Shown here: positions 19,553-28,900 of the stretch, in pieces
How positions within the stretch are numbered: the stretch's first letter is position 1
Layout of the letters: each line of letters begins with the position of its first letter
NCBI GenBank assembly: GCA_900549225.1
Contig: URNP01000004.1
Location: 3,931-67,930 of the forward strand
Source of the DNA: an uncultured Eubacteriales bacterium
GTDB lineage: Bacteria > Bacillota > Clostridia > Christensenellales > CAG-917
Direction: 5' to 3'
Length of the DNA: 64,000 nt
Program-made: the position numbers and the translations under genes
Notes under the pieces: model-generated
The model's database searches: none
What the model was told of the DNA's origin: nothing
The model's input: only the letters and a program-made list of their open reading frames with translations

Positions 19553-20061
19553 GCGTGAGCACGTATATTCTGCCCGTGATGCTCGTTGCGCTTATCGTCG
19601 TATGCGTCGCCAAAAAGGTAAAAGTATACGATTGTTTTCTGCTCGGAGCAAAGGACGGATTGAATCTCGTCGTGGATATTTTTCCGTACGTAGCGACGAT
19701 TTTCATTTGCATCGAAACGTTCAAGGCAAGCGGTCTTGCGGACATAGTTTCTGGTTGGCTTGCAAAGCCGTTGGCGTATTTGGGAATCCCGAGCGAAGTT
19801 GCCCAACTCATTCTGCTCGTGCCTCTGTCGGGCAACGGAACGATTGCAATTTTACAAGACGTCATCGCAAAGTACGGCGCGGATTCGTATATAGCGAGAT
19901 GCGCCTCAGTCATCGCAGGAGGAAGCGAAACAATATTCTATATTTCGGCGGTTTACCTCTCTGCGTGCAAGGCAAAAAAACTTCGCTACGCAATCCCCGT
20001 GTCGCTTTTTTGCACTCTGCTCGGCGCGTTGATTGCCTGCGCGCTGTGCAGATTTATGTGA
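19549..20061 (+). CDS. spmB: spore maturation protein B
   Basis: Start trimmed to MSVSTYILPV (ATG at 19549), which overlaps the spmA stop. Membrane protein of SpmB size. Confidence 0.8.
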   Translation: MSVSTYILPVMLVALIVVCVAKKVKVYDCFLLGAKDGLNLVVDIFPYVATIFICIETFKASGLADIVSGWLAKPLAYLGIPSEVAQLILLVPLSGNGTIAILQDVIAKYGADSYIARCASVIAGGSETIFYISAVYLSACKAKKLRYAIPVSLFCTLLGALIACALCRFM

Positions 20062-20182
20062 TGAAAGAGCCTTCGCTCAAAGCGAATAAAGCGATTCAAC
20101 TTGCAAACGTTCGAGGGCGTTTATGCAAAAGTCTTCTCGTTTCGCAGGACAAGAAAAGCGATTTATGCAAACGGTTTATACA

Positions 20183-20220
20183 AAAAGAAAGACGCCTTTT
20201 TCAAAGCGTCTTTCTTTTAT
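20183..20220. terminator. bidirectional intrinsic terminator between spmB and the DUF1858 gene
   Basis: AAGAAAGACGC (20185-20195) pairs with GCGTCTTTCTT (20206-20216), with A/T runs on both sides. Confidence 0.7.
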
Positions 20221-20232
20221 AATGCATAAGTT

Positions 20233-20430
20233 TTATGCAATGACTGCGTTGAGTTTGTCGACGAGTTCGTCAACGTTGATGCCGTGTACCGCCGCGGCTT
20301 CTTCAAGAGTTTCGCCGTGTGCAAGCATGCAATGCAAGCAATGCATACCGCTCTGTTGCAACACTTCTGCAAGTTTATCGGGATCGCCCTGAGCGAGTAC
20401 GTCGATGATGAGCATGTCTTTTGTTACCAT
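20233..20430 (-). CDS. DUF1858 (hybrid-cluster-protein-associated redox disulfide) domain protein
   Basis: A 65-aa protein with the HCLHC (CxxC) motif and the typical ..TLEEAAAVHGI..L.. ending. Confidence 0.75.
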   Translation of the reverse strand: MVTKDMLIIDVLAQGDPDKLAEVLQQSGMHCLHCMLAHGETLEEAAAVHGINVDELVDKLNAVIA

Positions 20431-20468
20431 TGTTGTTACCTCCGTAAAGATATGTTAATTTTTATGTT

Positions 20469-21539
20469 TTATTCAAATTGTCCCGACAGAACCGCCCACG
20501 CTATAAACGCAATTACGCCGAGTGCAAGCAACACCGCAAACGCGACTTTGAGCGGAGACACGGGTGATTTGCCCGTGGATCTGCCCGTCCTGCCGTTGAT
20601 GAGAAAACGGTAGCCCTTTTTGCGATAGGCGTATGCGCAAACCCACAAAGGCAAGAGCATGTAGTGGAATTTCGTGTCGAAATAGGTGGTGTTTACGTTG
20701 AGATAATCCACAACGTCCGCACCGTAGCCCTCGACAATACGTTTGCGAATCGTGTCGTCCATCTGACCTTTTGCCACGTCGAATCCGTCTTTGAGAGACG
20801 TGTCGTACTTCTCTGCCGAAAAGCCTGCAAGATAGTCCTTGTTGTACGCCTCGAGATTGTCCGTGTCGTAAGGAAGAATCTTGTTGAGTTCCTTTTGCGT
20901 GAGTTGAGTGCTTGCCTCAACCGCAACGTCATCGAAGGAATTGCTCGTCTGTCCTTTGACGTCGTACCACTCGATATACGTTTCCATATGGCGATCTTTG
21001 CCGCTGCCGACCATTCTCGTGCGCCTTTCGCCGAGCCTGCCGTCATAATCGGAGTGCGAATCGGTCGTGAACGCGTAAGAGGGTATGTAAACTCCTTTGA
21101 AGTTGTCCACTTTGAACCCTTTTTTGAGTTTAATAGGTGCAAAAAGTTTCTTTTTTATCCACTTTTTGCCTGCCTCTGCGGCTTGATTTTGCGAGAGCGC
21201 AAACGGTAGGATTCCGTCGGGTTTGAGTCCTTGCATATCCTCGACTTCAACGACGTTCGTGCCGCCGCAATAGGGGCATTTCACAGCCGTGTCAAAAGGC
21301 GCGAGTTTGACTTCCGCTCCGCAGTTGGGGCATTTGTAGGTCGAATCGTCAAATTTGACCTCCCCTTCTTTGAGACAAGAAAGATAATCTTGCTTGAAAC
21401 TCAACTTTCTGTCGATTGTGCGCGTTGCATCACAATAGGAACAGTGCAGCGACCCTTTTTCGGGATCGTACACCATATCCGCACCGCAATTGTGGCACTT
21501 CACGACAGCCGATACGTTGTAATCGAACACGTCTGTCAT
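20469..21539 (-). CDS. multi-zinc-ribbon protein with C-terminal TM anchor (YdjG-like)
   Basis: Three CxxC..CxxC ribbons (CHNCGA..CSYCDA; CPNCGA..CPYCGG), a long soluble domain and a C-terminal hydrophobic helix. Lies 19 nt downstream of the SPFH gene. Confidence 0.6.
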   Translation of the reverse strand: MTDVFDYNVSAVVKCHNCGADMVYDPEKGSLHCSYCDATRTIDRKLSFKQDYLSCLKEGEVKFDDSTYKCPNCGAEVKLAPFDTAVKCPYCGGTNVVEVEDMQGLKPDGILPFALSQNQAAEAGKKWIKKKLFAPIKLKKGFKVDNFKGVYIPSYAFTTDSHSDYDGRLGERRTRMVGSGKDRHMETYIEWYDVKGQTSNSFDDVAVEASTQLTQKELNKILPYDTDNLEAYNKDYLAGFSAEKYDTSLKDGFDVAKGQMDDTIRKRIVEGYGADVVDYLNVNTTYFDTKFHYMLLPLWVCAYAYRKKGYRFLINGRTGRSTGKSPVSPLKVAFAVLLALGVIAFIAWAVLSGQFE

Positions 21540-21558
21540 ATTATCTACGCCGATATAA

Positions 21559-22674
21559 TCAGTCTATCTTTGCTCCGCATTCGGGGCAGAACTTCATACC
21601 CGATTTGACTTTTGCGCCGCATTTGGGGCAAGCCGCACTCATGGGTTGTCCGCACTCGGGGCAGAATTTTGCGTTTTGAGGGACTTCTGCTCCGCATTTT
21701 GCGCATTTGACGGTGTTTTCCGCACCGACTTTTGCTCCGCATTCGGGACAGAATTTCGCGCCTGCTTTGATGCTTGCGCCGCACTTTGCGCATTTGACTT
21801 TTGCACTTTGCGCTTCGTCGAGATTCTGTGCAAACTGATTCCCCACTCTTGCGCCCATGCCGAGACCGATGCCTGCCGCTCCGAACATTCCGCCCATACC
21901 GGGATTCTTTGCCGCGTCACGCATTGCCTGAACGGACTCGTATTGAGCGTACTCGCCCATCTTGCCGTCAAACACGCCGAGCGTGGTGCGTTGATCCATC
22001 GCCTTTTCAACCGCTTCGGGCAGTTTGAAATTGCGCACGATGACGGAATCGATATCGAGACCGAGTTCGTTGAACTTGGGCTTTGCTTGTTGGCAAACGG
22101 TGTCGCCGATTTCAAGATAGTTTGCCGCAAGTTCGAGCGCGGGAATTTCACATTCGCCGAGCATATCGGTGAGTTGCGCCAAAACGAGCGATTTGAGATG
22201 CTCTTCGATGTCCTCCGTTTTGAAAGAATGAATCGTGCCGAAGCATTCTTTCATAAACACTTCGGGATTCATAACGTGGAAGGAATACTCGCCGTGACCT
22301 GCGATGCGGATCATTCCGAAATTCTTGTCACGCATCATAACGGGATTGGGCGTGCCCCACTTCATCTGCGTGAACCTTCTTAAATTGACGTAATAAACGT
22401 CGATTTGTTTGGGGTTTTCAAATGCGTATTTCCAGTTTGCAATCGCGGTGAGAACGGGCGTTGAACCTTCGTCGAGTTTCCAACTGCCTTCCGTGAAAAC
22501 GTCGCAAACGCTTCCGCGATATACGAAAATTGCGGCTTGAGAGGGGCGAACGATAAGTTCCGAACCCTTCATAATCGCATATCTGTCATCGTACTGAAAT
22601 TTGTGTACTAAAGTATTTTGGGAATTGTCTTCCCAACTGATCACCTTGAGGAGTTGTCTTTTGATAAGTCCCAT
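21559..22674 (-). CDS. SPFH/band-7-like protein (COG4260, YdjI-like) with three C-terminal double zinc ribbons
   Basis: The N-terminal ~290 aa resemble the YdjI/'virion core protein-like' SPFH family. The tail carries 3x (KCAKCGA..KFCPECGAK), visible as DNA-level repeats at 21559-21800. Confidence 0.8.
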   Translation of the reverse strand: MGLIKRQLLKVISWEDNSQNTLVHKFQYDDRYAIMKGSELIVRPSQAAIFVYRGSVCDVFTEGSWKLDEGSTPVLTAIANWKYAFENPKQIDVYYVNLRRFTQMKWGTPNPVMMRDKNFGMIRIAGHGEYSFHVMNPEVFMKECFGTIHSFKTEDIEEHLKSLVLAQLTDMLGECEIPALELAANYLEIGDTVCQQAKPKFNELGLDIDSVIVRNFKLPEAVEKAMDQRTTLGVFDGKMGEYAQYESVQAMRDAAKNPGMGGMFGAAGIGLGMGARVGNQFAQNLDEAQSAKVKCAKCGASIKAGAKFCPECGAKVGAENTVKCAKCGAEVPQNAKFCPECGQPMSAACPKCGAKVKSGMKFCPECGAKID

Positions 22675-22702
22675 AAATGCCTCCGATTCGTTTTATTATA
22701 TT

Positions 22703-22730
22703 ATTATATCACAAGCGTTGATTTTTTCAA
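22703..22730 (-). promoter_or_regulatory. promoter candidate for the SPFH/zinc-ribbon operon
   Basis: Minus strand reads TTGAAA (22730..22725), a 16-nt spacer ending in TGa, then TATAAT (22708..22703). Confidence 0.45.
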
Positions 22731-22891
22731 TGAAAATTTGCAATCTGCCTCGCGTGCGCCGAAAACGCGACCTATTCTTGCACAAAATACGCATATTTCA
22801 ACGGAAATGCAACCGCTTTTGTCACAAAAGCCATACGATATTCCGTGCTTAAGCAATAAAAGCAATGCGTTGCGCAATGCCGAAGACAACG

Positions 22892-22921
22892 AAAAAGCCT
22901 CGCCGTCGGGCGAGGCTTTTT
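22892..22921. terminator. intrinsic terminator 28 nt downstream of the giant gene
   Basis: GCCTCGCC (22897-22904) pairs with GGCGAGGC (22909-22916) around a GTCG loop, flanked by AAAAA and TTTTT. Confidence 0.8.
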
Positions 22922-22948
22922 GCGCTGTGTTTGATGAGTAAATTACAC

Positions 22949-25900
22949 TCAAATTTCAATCATTCCCGTCACTGCTTGGTATTGCGGGATGGTTTTGCCC
23001 TTTGCAACTATAACGTCGCTACCGTTCTTCCAATCGGCATCTGCCGTCGTTGTGGTAAGCACCGTGCCGTTGTTGTCAACAACCGTGCCGATTGCCGCGT
23101 AGAGTTTGTAAACGATCTTGCGGTCGGACGACGTCGGGAGCGTGAGAGTTCCGCTCGTTGACGAGAACATAACGTCATAACTTGCTTCAAGAGTCGGATT
23201 GGTCTTACTTGCAGTGTAAACATACGCTTTGCCGAACCAGACAACGTTGACCTTCACACTACCGACGGAGTAAGTCGTCTGGAGCGTCGTTCCGTTACGG
23301 AGCGAACTTGCTTCGGGCGCAGTCGGCTTAACATTGTCGTTGATTTGTGTGATTCCGACGGTGATACGCTCTTGGTCTGCAAGTTGGACAATTGCGTTTC
23401 TGCCGCTTGCAGTGGTGGTGATACCGCTTGCCGATACGGTGTATTGCTCGTCCGCAGGCATTGAAACGATTGCATAGTAGAATTCAAGCGTTTCGTTTGC
23501 AGCCGCTTCGTATCCGCTTATCACATATTCTCCGTCTGCATTGCGCTCGTATTTGGGCGTTGAAACGCTAAACGTTGCAATGTAGGTGAACGGCATCGTC
23601 AATCTCTTCGGATTGTTCGGATCGAGACTGAATGCGGTTTTCGCTGTGCTGTTTTCAACCGTCGTGGAGTATCCGTTCGATACCTTCGTAAGAATCGTGT
23701 TGCCGCTCGAATCTTTGCCTGTGGTTGCCTCTTCGAGATTGTTGGCAATCATTTTCTTGACGAGGAACGGAATCTTGTACTCTTGCACGTTGCCGTCGAC
23801 GCCGATGAGTTTTGCAGTGACGTAAATCACGCCGCCCGTGTACTTGGGTCTGAACTCGTCGAAACTCCAGACAAGCAAGTGGCTTGCATTTCTCGTCGTG
23901 TATACAACGTCTGCGGTTTCAGCCTTGCCGTCTACAATCTTGCCGGTACGCTCTTTGAACGTGAGCGAATCGGGCATGGTCGGCTTGATATACTCGTAGG
24001 GATTGATATAGGTCTTGTCGGTTGCAAGAGCGTAACCCGTGAGTTTTTGAAGTTCACTGTCGCTGACAATGCTTTCTACGCTTCTGTCAAGAACTTTGAC
24101 GGTGAATCTGATGCGTTGCGTGCCGATTTCGTTGACTGCAGACTTGTCGTTTGCCTTGTAGTTGTACTCGCCGCCGTAGTTGACTATCGCATAGGCATAG
24201 TACTCGCCGCCTGCATAGGTCACGTTGACACCGCTGAAGTCCCAAACCACAGGCACGTCGACAGACTTGCCGTTTGCGAGCGCGACGTTGAGTCTGGTCG
24301 GGAAGTTGACGTAATCTCTGTTGAGTTCGGCCACAGTAAGTTCGACGTATTCACCGTTTACGAGTTTGTACGTTCCGTCGAGATTGTTCTTGACGTAACC
24401 GCTCGTCGCAACGGAGGATTTCTCGTAGCGATCGCCGCTATAGCCCGTCTTTCTTGCAAAGACATTGCCGCTAGCATACGGATCGATCTCGAAGACTCCG
24501 TTCTTGTAAAGCGCATACGTATCGCCTTTAACGAGTTGTGCTTCGCCTGTCAATCTGCTGTTTGCGATATGCACCGTTACGTCAACGGTCGTACCCGTGG
24601 CGTTGCCTTGCGCTCTGCTTGCTAGCGTTGCTTCGACCGCTACGTTGCCGCCTCTGTAGGTGTATTCCGCTTTCTCTGCATTCCACGTGACGTCGAACGT
24701 TTGCGTGGTGACGTACGTGAACAAGTAGAGATCTTGTCCGTCCGCAGTCTTGAACGTCTTTGGGTCGATCGTATTCACGTCGCCGGCGAACTTGACGTAG
24801 TTCTTGGTATCTGCGTTGTAAACGTAGAACTTTACGTGTGCGTAATCGGATTCGGTGGCAAATCCGCCGTACACCGAATAGATGCCGGGATATACTCCGT
24901 CCGTATCGGTGAAGCCGTGGCGTTTGAGATACGTGCTCGTGTAGTCGTATCCGCTGCCGTTGGCGATTTTGCCTTCGTTCCACCATGCATATGCGCTGAC
25001 GAATTGTGCTCCGACGTAATAGGTTGCTTCGGATGCATACTTAGCCGTATTGAAGACGGAAGTGTCACTATCACGATCCACGTAAACGTCTTTGTTGTTC
25101 TTGTAAGTGCCGACGGACATTTCTTTGTATGCAAGGTCGCTGTTGGTGAGCGTAACCTTGGATACGCAGATTCTGATGGTCATTTCGAATGCGTCCATAA
25201 CCTCTCGCCTGTCTTCACCCTCGCCTCTTTCATTCCAGACGTGAACGGTCATCGTTCTTTCGAGCGTTGCGCTGAGGTCTTTGAGGTCGCTTGCCTCGGG
25301 CGCGTTCTCGTACGTGATGTAATAGTTGCCGACGTCACCGTTTGCGAACTTGAGCGTCATCGTATCGGGCAATCTGTCTGCGCCGACGTATGCGAAGTGG
25401 TTGTAATAGACGTATTGCTCGGGCATACCCGTCGTCTTGTTGTAGACGATATCGATGTATCTGCCGTCGCCACTCTCGCCAACGAGCGTATCCGTTATCG
25501 TCGAATACTTGCTCGAATCGGAGTAGAGATACTTAAGGCCCGTGTCGTCGAGTTTGAGTTCAGCATCGACGATGGTGCGCTCAAGCACGGTGACGGGAAC
25601 GTTGACGCGTTGTTTTGCAAGCATATAACGAGTTGTGCCTTCAGGCAACTCGAAGTTTGCATCGGTCTTTCTCTTGAACTCGAGATAATCTTCGAGCGCA
25701 ACATACTCTTCACCGTTGCCGATATCCGCAAGAACATGCGTGCCGTTTGCATGCGAGACGGGTACGACTGCGGTTGCCATATATGCGGTGTTGCTCGTGC
25801 CGTTCTTGATGAGTTTGTCAACGTCGGACCAGTCGAAGTGTGCGTCGAATACGTCGCCGCCCACGGTTGTGATTGACATAACTTTTGCAAGATAAGAAGC

Positions 25901-28900
25901 GTCTTTGTGCAAGAACGTGTCGACGACGATCGAACGGTTCTCGTAATCGGACATGTACATTATGCTTCTGTTGAGAACGGTCACTTTGATTTCGCCAGTT
26001 TCGACGTTTTCATTCTTGCCTGCGTTGTATCTATATCTCACGCCGACGGTGTACTTCTTGCCGAAGTATTGCGAGATATTTGCATAGAAGTCTTCGCCGC
26101 CAAAGTCGTATTCAACGGTGACGAGTTGATCTTGCACGGTCTTGTCGGCACTTGCGCTCTTGACTTTGACGCGTTGAGTGCTTCCTGACGGGAAGAGTGT
26201 GCTGTTGACTCCGTACGGATCAAGCGTGTAATCCTTGCCGCCTACAAGTCCTTCTATGCCTGCGCTTGCGACTTTGACTTTGATCGTAACGTCGCTTGTG
26301 AGTGCGTCGGAGGAGATCGTAAGCGTCATATTGCCGTCAAATCCCGCTGCCGTATAATCGTCGCTCCATGCGAGAGTAACGGGTATCTTCTTGTCGGTCA
26401 CGTTGAGCGTGGTCGACTTGATCAAGCCGCCGTAGAAGTGATCTGCATCGATATCGACGCTGAAGCCGTTCTTGCTGTCGCCGGTGATGCTGTCAAGCGT
26501 GAATTCGTTGTTGATCGTAAACGTGAAGTCCTTCACAACGGTTTCACCGTTTGCCGATTGTCCCGTGACGTACGCTTTGCGTGTGAACGATCCGTTCTTG
26601 ATTTCTTCCGCAGTCGGCATGCTCGTGTCGAGCCAGTGGAGCGGCACGTTGTAATGCGTGGTTTCACCGATCTCGACGGTTGCTGTGGTTGCAAATGTGA
26701 ATTTGTCGAATGCGTCGTATGCCTTGAGCGTTCCGTCCGCATTGCACATTCCGTCGGGTTTCACATCAACGGCTGCGTTGAATCCCGTGACGTAAATTCT
26801 TGCAGTGAATGCGTCTGCGCTCGGATAACGTATTGAGAGCCCGTCGAAGAAGAAATACTTGCGTTCAACGTAATCTCTGCCGTTCAACTCGTCCTTGTTC
26901 GGTGCGGAATAGTCAATCCACTTGACTTCGACTTCGGTTTCGCCCTTGCCTTCGCCCGTGGTGACTTTTGCCGTGCTCGGCAACTTCCACTCGTCAAAGA
27001 CGTTATAGGAGAGTTGAATCGTTTCTTCTCCCACACCTGCAATCTTGCCACCGGTAACGTTGAGTTTGCTCTCGCCGTCGTTGAAGGTGCCGCTTGTAAA
27101 CGTATAGTCGGGCATGTTGATTCTGAACGAAACTTTTTGTCCGCCGATGGTCAAATATGCCGTCTTTTCGACGCCTTCGATGCCCACAGAGGACACTATG
27201 CCGTCAAACGATTGTACGTATGCGATATACGGCTCGCCCTTGTCGAGCGTTACGAGCACAGGCGTGCCGCCGAGTGCGTCGCCCCATTTGCTCGTCTTGA
27301 AGTAATCACTCGGATTCTTTGCGAAATTGATCGGATCGATGCCGTATGCGACTTCGTCGATTGCGTGCGTTTGTTGATATACCGTGCCTTCGTAATTACT
27401 TACATTAGCAAGTGCTTCTTTGAGGATGTCGAGTTTCGCTTGGTCATCCGCATTCGCTCTCACGTACGCCGCAACGTCGCCTATAGCCTCGTTGTAGAAG
27501 AAGTTGACCGACTTGACGGTTTGCTTCTCGACGCTGAGTTTGAGCGTTATCGTTTGTGCGGTGTAGATTGCATTGCCGTCCTCGTCCACTTTGCCGCTGT
27601 TGACAAGCGCGAGTTTCGTACCGTCTTTCGTGCCATCAAGCGTCGTGTAGGCTTCGACTTGTGCGTAAATCGTGCCGCCGTCAAAGATATTCTGCTCTGC
27701 TTTGAGTTTCGTGCAAGCCGCGTTGGTGTAGTACTTCACCGTGCTCCAGTCGGGGAACATAGTATGCGTCGCCGTGCCGAAGGATACCGAGAACGATTGA
27801 TATCTCTCATTCTCGTACCAGGTCGGGTTGAGCGTGTCTTCGTGTTCTACGTTGAGCGCAAGCGTCGTGGGCTTGAGTGCGTTTACTTCAATCGGGACGT
27901 AAATTTCTTGCGTGCCGCTGTAATCCGTGCCGATTGTGAGTTTTGCATAGAGCGGATACGTTCTTTGATTGGTGTATCCCTCGTATGTGATCTCGTCGGA
28001 CGTGAGGTTGTGTACGCCGTTGTCGTATGCGTCGTAGTAGGTTTCGCCCGCTTTGATGAACGGCGCTTCCACTCTGAGTCCGTTGCCGACGGTCAAAGTC
28101 TTTTCAACCTTGTTGCCGCTTGCGTCTTTGACGTTGAGCACAAAGTTGTTGCCAAGAGATGCCACGGTGATCTTGTCGTACGAATACTGGTCGAAGGTGA
28201 TTGCCTTTGACATAGAATCGTAAACGAACGGATTGACGACGATTCTCACGTTGACTTCTTGCGCAAGGCCACCCGTGTAAGTCGTTTTCTGTCCCACAAA
28301 TCCCGAGGTCTCGTCGCCGATGGTCTTCTTGGTGACCGTGGTGGAGATGCTGAATCTGTTTCCGCCGACTTTTGCTTTGACGGTCACGTCAACGCCCTTG
28401 TAATAGTCGTATCCGACGATATCGCCGTTGTCGTTTTTGCGAGCAATTGCATCAAGTGCCTTTTCAAGTTCTGTCAAATCCCACTCGACGTCGTAGCCGT
28501 TCATGTTCTTGCCCGCGACGTTCTTGCTGTTGATAAACTTGAATTGCTTGATATACTCGGCAAGTTTCCACGTGTTTGCATTGATTAACATTGCGTCAAG
28601 GTTGAGAACGGTGGAGTAATTGCCGTTGTTATCACGCGCATTGGTGAATTTCTCTGCAGAAGCCGTATCCGCCTCGCCGGTTGCGTCCGCCTTCATCATT
28701 TGCGTGAGATGTGAGATCTTGTAGTTCTTTGCGCTGAGTTCAATCGAGCCTTTGACAGCCTTGCCCAAGCCCCATTGATAGGTGAATCCGACCTTGACGG
28801 AGTTGCTTGCGGAATCCGTGTTCCAAGAAGTCGAACCTTGCCAATCGTAAGTGAATTCATCCGTGTTCCACTCAATCGTGCCTGCGGGGAATTGCTTGCC

